A stretch of DNA of 63,814 nt, filler included, from Hausera hauseri (taxonomy: Eukaryota), in the NCBI GenBank assembly GCA_046269625.1. It is 11 parts of 11 records of this genome, joined end to end, with 100 filler letters (N's around TTAATTAATTAA, not from the genome) between each part and the next. Parts side by side here need not be neighbours in the genome. Positions count along the whole stretch, not along the records: positions 1 to 7,481 come from JBJURY010012234.1; positions 7,582 to 11,658 come from JBJURY010776536.1; positions 11,759 to 16,434 come from JBJURY010479465.1; 8 more parts are not named here. One strand, 5' to 3'. Below, in pieces: positions 1 to 11,922 of this stretch. Made by a program: the position numbers and the translations under genes. The notes beneath the pieces were generated by a model, which searched no databases, had not been told where the DNA came from, and worked only from the letters and a program-made list of their open reading frames with translations. The stretch's first letter is position 1; the number at the start of each line of letters is the position of its first letter.

Positions 1-345
1 TGACTGATTTACCTTTTTGTTGCATTCTGTTTTGGAAGGCCATAAGCTTTTGTTGCGGTGTCACGGTCGGTAACAGTTTACGATTTAAAGCTCCTACTAT
101 GGAGGACCATGATTTCTTTTCGTCATTGGTAAGTTCACTATAGGCATCTGCGGCCAAGTTCTATGAGTATAATGACAGTCGTTTGATCATAACTTCGGGG
201 TAAGACTGGCACCTTCCGCATACAGTTTATAAGTTCTTAAGAAGTCATTTAATCCGTCTGGGTCAACGTCGTATGCCGGTAGATTCAGAGAATCAAACGT
301 GTAGATATCAAGTTTTTGCGCTATCGCTGGATTATCTGGTGCCAT
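1..345 (-). pseudogene. gag: Ty3/gypsy gag, 5' part (family A), decayed and truncated by window edge
   Basis: ATG at 345 (MAPDNPAIAQKL..LPAYDVDPDGLNDFLRTYKLYA). After a stop (187-189) and a frameshift it continues as LAADAYSELTNDEKKSWSSIVGALNRKL..FQNRMQQKGKSV, typical Retrotrans_gag with an R-x-Q-xx-G-E/K-S-V motif. Lies just downstream of an LTR and PBS. Confidence 0.75.
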
Positions 346-720
346 ATTTGTCTTATTCAGCTTATTTACCTTATGACTTTTAGGAGGAGTTTTAAATTCT
401 TTGACAGTGATAATCTCTTGCTTGTTTAGTTCGGTGTCAGATAAAAAACGTTTGTCTATTACTTTATCCTTAGTATAAAGTTTATTTCGCGTTTCTCGTT
501 GATTAAGTTTACCGTTTACTAATAAGTTTTGATACGAATTAAATCTCTCAATGTCTACTCTTGGATTAATCTTTATTTGTTTCCATTCTAACAACTTATA
601 ATCCCAAGTTTAGATTCTTAATTCGTACTACATAACAATTACTTGATGTAAATGGCGCTATTCGCATGTATGTAGTTAAATAACTCTCAAAAGCAATGTC
701 TAGCGAGGTACAAACTGTAC

Positions 721-734
721 CGCTAAGGTCGCCA
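721..734 (-). promoter_or_regulatory. Primer-binding site TGGCGACC... (tRNA-Arg-like)
   Basis: Minus strand reads ...TGTAACA-TT-TGGCGACCTTAGCG: TGG (complement of tRNA CCA) 2 nt after the LTR-terminal CA, followed by gag. Confidence 0.7.
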
Positions 735-736
735 AA

Positions 737-1427
737 TGTTACAGTTGGGGTGGCCCTTATCGTCTCTTACTATAATAATAGTTTCACTCAAATTCTTTGC
801 TACTACACACAGGTTAGGACTACTCGTTCTCGAATAATCTGTTTGTACCTTAATATTTTAATTTATATTATACAGTGATGCTTGTACTGATTGCGAGGAG
901 TAAATGTCTCAGTTTACTCATTCGTGTCTTAGCTATACAATTTAATGTTGATTTTATCCTTAATGTAGTCTAATCGTCTTTAAGAGAATGCAAAACTATA
1001 TGAGGGATATTAACGACCGAAATTTGAATAACCTTTATTGATCCACACAATGGTATAAACACTTTAATAGGAGTCGAATATTCAAGAATACAATACAAAT
1101 CGTCAATTAGTACAGTTCAATAATTTGAATTATCTTAACTTGACTCTATGGTCAGCAACTGGTTTTTCTTCTCGCTTTTGGTCTGTTTCTGAGACTGCTT
1201 ATATAGTGATTTTTCAGTCCGGAAATTTTGTTAATTCATTTACAGTTGAATTCAATTTCCTGTGTTTGTACAAATTTCTCCAGTATTTACAATGGTTCAT
1301 TTATTCGACAATTTGCAACTTATCCGTCTAAATCAACTTTAACCAAATAACAAATTACAATAATTCTACAGTACAAGGTTTTGTATTCGCAATTGTCGTA
1401 ATCCGAATAGTCGGCAATTTTCTCACA
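737..1427 (-). repeat. LTR (~690 bp) of family A gypsy element
   Basis: Minus strand begins TGTGAGA (1427) right after purine tract AGGGACGAGAGA and ends TGTAACA (737) before the PBS. TATATAAG at ~1198-1205 and AATAAA at 1034-1039 lie in U3-R-U5 order. No second copy in the window to confirm the boundaries. Confidence 0.65.
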
Positions 1428-1439
1428 TCTCTCGTCCCT
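1428..1439 (-). promoter_or_regulatory. Polypurine tract
   Basis: AGGGACGAGAGA on the minus strand directly abutting the TG start of the LTR. Confidence 0.55.
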
Positions 1440-1518
1440 GAGCGGCATCTTCGAATGAGCCCATTGCGTCAGAAGAGGTGGCGCCTACCTGTCCAGGTCG
1501 TCTTAGTCGATCAATTCT

Positions 1519-2610
1519 CTACCTTAAATATGTTTCAAAATCTGGATTGTTTCGATTTTCTAAAGGGTTTGTTTCTAGATTATAACTATAGTAGGGTTTA
1601 ATATGAACGACTCGGGTGTAGCTCCCATTTGAATAGCATTTCAAATCCGTAGCTCTCGCTTGGCATACTGGACATGTTGTCTTCCCATTATCGAGTGTCC
1701 ACTTCTCTAGACAATCTCGGAAATATTTGTGGCAAAAAATTTTATTGTCTAATATCACGTAACCTTGTTTTAGATTGCCGTCGCACACGGGACATTCGTC
1801 ATCTTCCTTGTCCTAGTCGTCTCTATCTAGGTCAGCTTGGATTGTCAACTCGATGGACTCGAATATAAGGCCATTCTCATCCTGATATAGATATCCGTGG
1901 ATTACCTTCTGATTACGGTTAATGGAACTTTTTCTTGGGTCGCAACTTACTTGTATTAGGGTCCAATCCGCCATAAGGTCTCGGTCCAAATTCGGAACCT
2001 TTTATTCTACACGATAATTTTGATATTGCTTCTTTAGTAATATTCGGATTTGTTTATCCACTGGTACTATCAATTTTCCTGTTCCTTTTTATTGAAAAAC
2101 GGATGTGAGGTACTTTCCCAGCTTGGGGTTCTCCCAAATATAAGTATTTTCAAACAATTCTCTTACTGGGGCAACTTTCATATAGAACATAGCTTCTTTG
2201 ATAGTTCTTTGACTGCAATATTTTGTAGTTATCAACATTTTTGGTGAGTCCTGGGTCGTTTTCCAGTGGACATTCTCTTTTACCTTTCTTTTTAAGAGTA
2301 CATTAATTTCAGTAATCATATGTTCAATGGTTTTTCCTTCTATGAAAATTACTTCTTGGGATGTTCCTGGTTCAATCTATCCGTTTCTGTCTTTTGGCTT
2401 CTCGTCTTTCCTCTTTTTCTTGAATAAGTAGTTGAAAATAGATATTGTCTTTTTTGATTGAGATTTTTCTTCCAGTTTTTGTTTCTTTATTATTGTTTCT
2501 GGCCTCAATTCTTCTTTATATTTCTCTTGAAACTTCGATGCTCCTCCCGGTATCTTGGCTTCTTGTGCAATTGCATGTAATTTCGTTTTGATTCCTTCCT
2601 GCTCTTCCAT
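1519..2610 (-). pseudogene. Accessory ORF with C-terminal RING finger (putative E3 ligase) inside the retroelement
   Basis: ORFs 2377-2610, 2089-2319 and 1519-1788 share one frame. The end reads EDDECPVCDGNL-x-FCHKYFRDCLEKWTLDNGKTTCPVCQAR (CxxC...H..CxxxW...CPxC); one or two ligands are degenerate. Confidence 0.7.
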
Positions 2611-2719
2611 AGGATTTTGCGCAGTAATAGTAAGGTTATGATGGCCCGTTGGCTGGATATTCTTGATCGGAGAATAGATTTAATCCATCTTCTATATTTC
2701 ATATTTATTTTTTCGGGAT

Positions 2720-3867
2720 TTAGGGAACTATGTAAATATCTTGCAAATATTTGGAGAGTTGGCTGGCAGTCAGAAGTCTACTAATTCTGTTTGAGTTGTT
2801 ACTCATTGTTTCGATCATTAGCTTAAAGAAGGCTTCTGGAGTTGTCGGACGTGCCTGATCCTTTCCTTGTAGGACCCTCTCCATCTGTTTTTGGATTACT
2901 GGGTAGGTGGCCATTTCCCTAATTCCGGCAATATTTGTGTCGGGTATTTCTAATAGCTGAACTAATTGTTGCACATTATGTCCCGTCAATATACAGCCAT
3001 AGAGATAATGTTCTAACTCCAAACGGATTTGCTAAATGTCCCTTCCTCTTATGAGCTGCTCTTTTTTATACCGGTCACTTCTGCATACGATTCTTGGACA
3101 CGTTTTCGGGGATTTATTATTGTAGAGTATATTTCGACCCCATCTCTTTCTCTGATAGACACTTCTATGGGTATTCTACATCCATAATCCCTTCTGCCGC
3201 GGTTTATCGTGATAACTTTTACGTTGCGACTATCTTGGACTAGCCTATATGATCGACGATGTTCGTCCTTTTCAGTTTCAGTTGGAATTTTCTCAAATTC
3301 TAGGGGTGGAATCTGTAAGTTACAATCTTCTCTGTAGGTTACTTCAATCATAAGTTTGACAGGAAGAGTGGCTACTCTAAATTTTAGGCTGTATTTGATT
3401 TGTTCTAAACCTCTGCCATCGATTTTAAATGTACCGAACCGGTATTGGTGTATTTCGTTGGAGTTCCAAGGCTGGTTTTCTATTTTATTATATATTTCTC
3501 AGTCAGACAAATAAGTGTATACGGCTTGAATTTGGGATAGTTTGTTCCGGATTAATTATTTTAGGAAATATGCTTTAGCTTGGTTGTCTTCACGCATTGC
3601 ATAAAGGAAGATCTTGCGATTTTCTTCTGTAATGCCTTTTAGATCATTTGGTATGTCGTTAACTTTCTTGAATTTGACATAGGTTTTTGCCTTTAGCGCT
3701 TCATTTATCCTCCTATAGGTGTATTTTGCCTTTGAAATGAATACTGTAACGTATTTCCGCAAATACTCGTTGACATTAGTTCGACTATTCATACTTATTA
3801 TTCCTAAAAACAAAAAATAAAGGTCAATCCTGAAACAAAGTATTGTTCTAAATTTAAACCAATTCAT
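2720..3867 (-). pseudogene. Decayed accessory ORF fragments of unknown function between pol and LTR
   Basis: Co-oriented ~100-aa ORFs 3556-3867 and 3049-3351 (same frame) and 2720-3022; no recognisable motif. Confidence 0.35.
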
Positions 3868-3899
3868 TGTTGGATGATGGAATAACCGAGCTGTAATTG

Positions 3900-5340
3900 T
3901 CAGGTTATTCTATCATAGGTTTTTTCTAGTGGTATCATTGCCCTTAATTCCCTCTCGGTGATTTTATGACGCTTACTACGGCAGCTTTTGACAACTAATC
4001 GAAAAAACGCAATAAAAGTTATGAGAGCAAACCTTGATGATCTAATAACTGATAACATTGACAAGGTTGTCCATTTAGTTAATTTCTCTATTTTAGCAGT
4101 AGTTGCAGTTTCGTCTTTAGTTTCCTCGTTAGTTAATGGTTTTACTAAGACAATTTTGTTTAGGGTCCGTACTGTTAATGTTCTATTTTGTTTGTTTTTT
4201 GCACCTGTTTGTATTATGTAGTCTGTTTTGGGTTTCAAGTAGTTACATTTGATTTGATAACTACCTTTAGTTAATGTTACTTTCTGGTTTTTGTGTCGAG
4301 TTCGGCAGTTTATTTCTACGTCGGAATTTGGTGTTTCTTTCACAGCGAATATTATCTTATGTTGTTGTATCCAATATTTTATAGGAATCGTTTCTAGATC
4401 CTTCTTAGACAATCCACTTGTTGGGACAGTTTTGGTAGATGCAGGAGAAGTCATATTTATTTTCGTAGTTGCAATTCTGCTTGTTGTCATCTCGAATGGA
4501 ATTCCTCATATTTGATTCTCCAACTGATGACCTCCTAGGTAAATACTCGACTGGTTTGGTCGAACTTCATATAAGTCTAGCCGAATTCTATATTTATATC
4601 CTGGGGGTATTTTACAACACCTATTCGGCCTCTCGACGTCGATTTGGCAGTATTGTTTATTAGGAGCTGTTTTATTCTTTCTCATAAATTAAACCGTGAT
4701 TACTCGTCCCTTTATTAATCGTCCTTTTGTGTTTATTTGGATACATTTGTCCTTTGGGTTTTCCGACGTACTATCTATATTCTCTTCTAGCATCCGTTTT
4801 ACTGGGTCGGTAGACTGGAACATATCTTTCAGTTCTGTGTTAAGGAAGTCTCCATAAGTTCGTGGTATAACTAAGTGTGAGTCCAGGTTTATTTCGGTGT
4901 GCACTGTGTTACATTCTGGCAGATATGAGCGTTAATTAAGGGCATAAGAATGTCCGTATTCTACTTTGCAGCAAATTGTATCGTCATCTGATTCAAAATT
5001 ACAATCGGACTCTGCTTGGTTTAGTAGTTTATGAAATAGTATTTGGATTCTTCCTTTATATGGTCTCGGGGTCTTAAACCCGACACATGGGACTTCTGGT
5101 GAAAAATAATCTAGTCTTATTGCTCGTAAAAATTTAATGTCTTCTTGTTTCGATTTTTGTTCGGGGATTGATTCTGCTTTTACTTTTTCTATCTGTGGTA
5201 AAAGTTTTAGTCCGATTCTTCTGATTCCGTATATATCTTCTATCAACGTTTTGTCGTCCCACAATTGAGCGTTAGACTTAGGTGTTAGAGCAGCGATTAA
5301 TGATAAGGCTACTATTATCTGTACGTAAGATACCGGTCTT
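3900..5340 (-). pseudogene. Type I membrane glycoprotein-like ORF (signal peptide, FN3-like motifs, TM) in frame with integrase
   Basis: YVQIIVALSLIAALTPKSNAQ signal-like segment follows the integrase end (HYNLR). The frame continues through three nonsense codons to 3900, with IPPGYKYRIRL and LKPKTDYIIQTGAKN FN3-type motifs, Thr-rich stretches, a hydrophobic segment and a basic tail. Confidence 0.55.
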
Positions 5341-5369
5341 GTGACGATTGACGAAGTTTTCTCTTCTCG

Positions 5370-7481
5370 CTGTCTTAAATTGTAATGTTTAGTTGGTCGT
5401 ATATATGTCTTAACTACTCTGAATTGATACAACTTCTTCCTTACCGTTTTATTAACGTAGACCGTAGTTGGCGTGGTTCGGACGATTTCATATGGTCCTC
5501 TTCCAGTACGGGTTAGTTTCAAGGATGTACCTTTCGTTGCGACCGGGTAATGTATATAAACCCAGTCTCCTTTCTCCTTGTCATGAGGTTTAGTTTTTTT
5601 ATCATATTGCTTTTTAAATTGTTCTTGATATTCGAGTGATAATGTTTTTGCAATTTCCCAACACTTTTGCAATCTTGTCTGAAAGACGTCGGCAAAATTT
5701 GACTCTAGATCTTTGAGATTCTTTTCGTACGGTGTCATACCTAGATCTGTAGGTAAGATTGCCTCTCGTCCATACATCATGAAGAATGGTGTGAATTCTG
5801 TTGCTAGATGTGCAGTTGTATTTATAGAGAACTGCGTTCCTTCTAGGAATTTATCCCAATCCTTTTGGTCTTGAGCCACTACTGTCGGTAGTATTCGTAT
5901 GACTGTTGCGTTCATTCGTTCGACTATTCCATTACATTGGAGGTGGTATGCAGTAGTGGTTAAACGTTCGATTTCGAATATCCGGGTAATTTTCTCAAAT
6001 AATTTACTTATGAGGTTTCTTCATCGATCCGTTAAGATTTGCTCCGGTGGTCCGTATTTGCAGATGATTTTTCTTACCACCGCGTCGGCTACGGTTTCTG
6101 CCTTTTGATCAAATAGCGCCACCAGTTCGACAAAATGTGTCAACCGGTCCACGCATGTTAAAATATATTTGTTATTTTTGTGAGTTGTAGGCAATGGTCC
6201 CACTATATCTATAGACATAGCTTGCATGGGTCTATCTGGTACACTTATGGGTTTTAGTTCTGCTACGTAGTTCCTCGTTTTCTTCTGTTTTGTCGCGCAA
6301 ACTTCGCAAGCGCCTACCCAATTCTTTACATCGATATAAATGCTCGGCCAATAATACCTATTTAATATTCTTTTTAGTGTATTCTTCCAAAACACGTGTC
6401 CGTCTAAATATGAATCATGTTCGGCCATGAGCACTTCTGTTCGTAATCCTTTTGGGATAACTATTAGTTTTTTCCTTTCCGCTCATAATATAGAATATTG
6501 TCTTGGTTTGATGCGCGATATTTATGTCCGTGTTTTTGTAAATGTTTCTTTAGTTTTCGTCCTTTGGGTATTTTGTCGCATTGTGCGAACTCAACGATTT
6601 GCTGAATAACCTTGTCTTTAACTTGCTGTACTGTGATTCTGATCGTTTTATACAGTTTTAAAGTTCTTTGTCGTTCAATTATTTGTTCGAGTTGTGCTCT
6701 TTTCATTGTAGTAATCGCGCTTGTTTTTGTCTTTAATCTTGACAGTGCATCGGCATCGATGAGTTTATTACCTGGTTTATATTGAAATTCAATGTTATAT
6801 CGTGAAATTTCCTCGATACAACGATTTAATCTACATGTTGGGTTATTAGCTCGTCCCTTCAGTGTCGTGACTGCTTTGTGATTGGTTACTATTATGATCT
6901 TTGTCCATAGACATAGACATTAAAGTGTCGTAGTGCCTCTTTACCGCTAGCGTTTCTAGTTCAGTAACTGAATTATTCTTTTCTGCTTTCTTTAATGAAC
7001 GTCCCCCATAAGCTATTGGGTGTTCTAATTCTTCGTTTTCTTGTTTTTGAGCCAATTCATATCCTATTCCTGCGTTGTTTGCATCTGTTTTAGTGATAAA
7101 TGGTAGACCAAAATCAGGATATCTTAGAACTGTTCGCTTGTTAGAATTTTCTTCATCTTGTCGAATGCCTTTTGTTCCACATCTTTCCATTTTCATTTGA
7201 TCCTTTTCTTTAGTAAACGATATAATGGTGCGTTAATTTTTGAATTGTCTGGTACATAAGTGGCGTAATATCCACATAGGCCTAACAAGTGTCTTAACTC
7301 TTTGATTCTCTGGTTCCATACAATCGGATATTTTATTTAGCAGAGATTTGTCTGGTTTTGATCCTCATTCTCCAACTATGTGTCCAAGGTACGATGCGGC
7401 GTTTTGTGCCCATTTACATTTCTTTGGGTTTAGTTTCAACCCTGCTTGTTCCAGTCTCATGAGTGTATCCTCAATATCCTT
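5370..7481 (-). mobile_element. pol: Ty3/gypsy pol (RT C-terminus, RNase H, integrase), family A, decayed
   Basis: GLKLNPKKC..YLGHIV (RT); TDANNAGIGYELAQ..HPIAYGGRSL..TELETLA and YKPG..DADALSR (RNase H); H..GH/CEVC zinc finger, SIDIVGPLP, ILTDR, TPFFMMYGRE and GPY (integrase). Stops and frameshifts present. Confidence 0.95.
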
Positions 7482-7581
7482 NNNNNNNNNNNNNNNNNNN
7501 NNNNNNNNNNNNNNNNNNNNNNNNNTTAATTAATTAANNNNNNNNNNNNNNNNNNNNNNNNNNNNNNNNNNNNNNNNNNNN
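7482..7581. other. Artificial contig linker; identical linkers at 11659-11758, 16435-16534, 24539-24638, 29484-29583, 36069-36168, 40652-40751, 50219-50318, 54479-54578, 59482-59581
   Basis: 44 N + TTAATTAATTAA (stops in all six frames) + 44 N, ten times. Confidence 0.99.
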
Positions 7582-7671
7582 TTCAACGGTGTATACAAAG
7601 ATGCAACGAAGAATTTCAGTTTTTCTCCAAAGTTGGAGAAGTGGGAGAATGAAATTTCATCCTGATCGGAA

Positions 7672-10600
7672 ATGATTGATTTCATGAGAAAAAAATTAGA
7701 GACCGATTATGTAGATACTAGCGAAAGTTCAATCGTAAATGACACCAGTACCATTACTACTGCCGGAGATCAAGACAACATTCATTCCGTTATGAACAAA
7801 TGGGTTTGCATGTTATCTAAATCTGAGAAAGCTGATTTGATTTCAAATTTTGCCAAAGAAGATATCCCAAAAATTGTAGATATTCTATCGAGGGAACTTA
7901 TTCGCGAATGTGTATCCGACAATACTCTTCTTGCTTACGGTAACAAAGAAAATGAAACGAATAACAATGCGTTTACAAACGATGCTGAAGATATTTGTAA
8001 GTGCGCCGAAGAAACTGCTGTAGATACTGACGATGAATTTTCAAACCAAGAAATCGTTCCATATCTTGAAATTAATTATAGTGCTTGTCCCATCGGCACA
8101 ATCGTTGACAATAACAATCCAACGACGCTTTCTCCTTGTGTAAATTCGTCTAGTGTAGATATCGTTGAAAATAGCAGTTTTAATCTTTATCGACGATTAT
8201 CTAGCAAACAAATGAATTTTTCTCCTGACGAAAAACAATTGTTGACTTCTGTGGGAAATATGATGATGGATAATGATATTATTTATTCAGACAGTGAGCA
8301 CGATGACAATCATGACTCTCAACACAGCGACACTGAAGTTGATCAACGGAAAGTCATTCATCCTGATTTCGATATTTGCCTAGACGGATCAAATTTTGAA
8401 GTTAATTCTGGCACCGATATTTCATTTAATGAATTAGAAAATATGTCTACTCCTGACATTAAAAATATCGCAGCGAATTTTGCAATGGAATGTGAAGCCA
8501 TGAATAACAATCAAAGTCATATAACTTCGTTGGATACTGTTGATGTAGCACCAGAAGTTTTTCGAGTAGACATTCGAGACGTACTTTCTTCAGTTAACCA
8601 ATATGATTTAAGTCCTATTATTGATGAAGCAAGCATTAGTCATAATGACGATAAACATAGGTTAGATGATATTAGTAAAGTTGGAGAGGTTGACAGATCT
8701 CATGATGAAGATCAACTAAATGAGTTTGAAGCCACGTCTAAAGATGATACTGAATTGAATAAAATGATTCTTGATACTAGTTTAGCTGAGACAAAGGAGC
8801 AAATTACGCATTCTTTAAATCAACCGGAAAATGCACAAGAGATGGAATTTGCTGGTAAAAGTAGTACCGATGATTATGCAATTGATATCGAACCTGGATA
8901 TGATAAGACCATAAATAAAGTGCCACATATTCTGCCATCACTTGGTCGAAACGATACATCGCCCGTAGCTGAAACATTTATCGAAGATGAAGCTCATCAC
9001 TCCGTAATATCAGGGTCTTATGACAAACCTATTAACGACCTACAGAAACTTAATGTGACTATCCAACCTCCATTTATTGAAACTGCTTTTGACGAAAGTC
9101 TCCATGACTTAGTACAAAGTAATACAGCTGAAAATACTCTTTCAACGTCAGATATTCCACTCTTGCAAAACGTGACAGATTCCGAAGACCAACATCAAAT
9201 TTTGATCATAAACGAAAGCATTGGCGAAAATAATTCAGATACTAAATTCCCAGTTCTTTTTAATGAGAAGGAAAACGATAAACGGCGAGTTGACATTGAT
9301 GGTGACGCTGGTATACTAGGCGTATGTGAAAGAAATGACGTTGTTGAGCCGGAAATCACAGAAACTATTATAAGAAAAGATCGTCATCATCAGCTGAAAA
9401 TTTCTGAGCCTCTTTCCAAATTCGATTTTTTCCAGGACTATGAGAAATTGGAACTTTATGTTCCCAATATAACTGATATGTCCTACGTTAATGACGAAAT
9501 ACATAAACACAACGATACGTTGAATAGTGAGACAACATCATTACCGACTGATAGTTCTGCCGTTTGCTTCAAAAGTGAAAAATTAAGAATACAGAAGTTG
9601 GATCAAGTGGACTTATTCGGTATGATTAATACAACCAGTCACATTTCTCGTTTTGACAAAGTAACACTTGATTTTGAATCAATTCTTCCAGACCTTACGG
9701 ATGTTGATGAAGATATAGTGATGAAAATCGGTAAAGTACATGAAAAACCTTGTCCTACTGACGACGAGTATATTGATGATAGCCAAGGTGGTCAAATCAT
9801 TAATGATCTCGATGAGTATACAGAATATATCTCTGGAAGTCAACACCAAGTTCCAGATGATAGTGAATATAAAAACCGAAAACATTTCTCTGAGCTAAGT
9901 GAATATGTTTATGATAACATTGATATAAGTCAAAATAAACATTTTCATCTTTCTAAAGAACACATGAATTACGATGAAATTGTTACGGGAATTGTTCCAG
10001 AACTTAAAGATGTTTCTAAAATGCCATCCATATCCGAAGTTACGGAAAATGAAAATGAATATTTTAAACCATCACTCACTACCACACATTTATTCGAAAG
10101 CAAAATAATTAATGTGTCGGACTCCATTCCATCTGATTTAGAATTGACAACAATTGTTGAAGAAACGCAAGAAGACAAAAGTCCCTGGTATACGACTTTT
10201 CCTCAAGGGGATAGTCCATTTATAGAAGCACAAATAAGTACCAACACAAATGAAGTACTAAGTCAGAAACCACTTGGTATAAACGCACAAATTGGTCCAG
10301 ATAATTATAATGTTCCTGACGTTTATTTGAATCAAGATCTGGCTGAAGATACAATGTTGGCCCAAGACGATGATTATGATACATTAGGAGATTTGAGACA
10401 TCAACTCAGTATTTCAGTCACCAAATCCAATACTTTCCTTAGTCATTTCTCTAAAAGTAATGCAATCGATAATGTTGATCTTGCTCTCAAAGAAAACGAC
10501 GAAACATTGGAACAAATTTCATCTAATGAAGACACATTAGAAATCTTTACAAAAAATGACCAAAATACTATATCTGACGACTTTATGGGTGATTCCAACA

Positions 10601-11658
10601 TAATCCCTGTAGATGATGATCTTTATGACGCAAAGAACTTAAAATTTGGATCTGATAACAATGCCGTTTCTGACGATATTGATGAAACCTATTATCGCTT
10701 TGTGCCGAGATGCATATACACTTAACCAATTGATTATGCAGTGAATCAACAAATCGATACGGATGAAATTTTGAAAACAAAAAGGTTCAGTATAACATCC
10801 CTGAATCGTACTCTTTGTTTCTTGCAAAGTCGATGGGAAAACGTGTGCGAAGAAATTCGAGACGTGGAGGAAATTTCTCTACGACCATTTTTTGTGAATT
10901 TGTTGATCGAAATTCCCAAGCCTCAAATGACCGAATTGATAGATTCGTTTAAGAATTCTCTTGATGTTCTAAATTCCAGAACGAAAATTAAATCTCTGTC
11001 GGAAAGTGAAAATTACTGTTATCAGTTGCATGCCCATCAATTAAAAATCAGCACAATTGAACCGCTGATCAATCTGTACTGCCAGCGGTATGATGATGAC
11101 ATCATTGGACACAGACTGACGAAAGTCGTAAATGAAAACGTTATTCAATCGAAGAATTTATTAATCAAAATGAATGAATTGGAAGAACTATATCAGAAGG
11201 TTACAAGATGGAAATCGGCGAATTTTAATAAATACCGTGAACATTTAATGTGCATTGACTCAAAAATAAATACCAAACTTGCTATTTCGATATTAAAGAA
11301 ATTAGATGGAGAATTGAATCATCAATACGAACAAATAAATCTGGCTAAAAATTGCTTACAATCCATAAATCTAACAAATTATTCGACGTTAATTGACCAC
11401 CTGTACTTATTAAACTCATTATAGTCCATTGAAACCAAATTAGAATCCTTGCCAATGAAAATGGACAGAAGTTTGCACGAGTTGTCGTCGGTATTTAACA
11501 AATGGACCGAACTTGAGAAACTCGAACTTGCCATTATCGGAATTGAAATTGAAATTGATAACTACATCAGTGAATCGAAAGATGACAAGAACCGAAAGAA
11601 GACATCCTTGGGAATGTTAACGGCTCTCTTCAGAGCCACAATTATTGATTTTAATGAG
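7672..11658 (+). CDS. Large acidic low-complexity protein with C-terminal helical/coiled-coil (possibly spectrin-repeat) region; interrupted by in-frame stops; 3' truncated
   Basis: 1017-aa D/E/S/N-rich ORF, continued in the same frame by 10741-11424 and 11449-11658. LQSRWENVC and VFNKWTEL resemble dystrophin/nesprin-type spectrin repeats (weak). Confidence 0.55.
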
Positions 11659-11922
11659 NNNNNNNNNNNNNNNNNNNNNNNNNNNNNNNNNNNNNNNNNN
11701 NNTTAATTAATTAANNNNNNNNNNNNNNNNNNNNNNNNNNNNNNNNNNNNNNNNNNNNGTTGAAGTTAATTAAGATTAATGTAGACTTGTTGATCATCAT
11801 CGGTCAAGTGACTCAATGCTAAGATTGATGACGATTTGATGGTAGAAGGTGTATCACACGTTTAGAAAAATTGATTACGATAATTTTGTGTTAGAGTTAA
11901 GAGATTGCATTAGTAAAGAAAA

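Noticed and set aside
7526-7537. TTAATTAATTAA as a biological motif or PacI site
   Set aside because: It is identical in all ten N-gaps and is a six-frame stop spacer added in assembly processing.
7663-11424. Alternative nuclear genetic code (stop reassignment)
   Set aside because: In-frame stops are rare, of all three types, and elsewhere come with frameshifts, which fits decay or error rather than reassignment.
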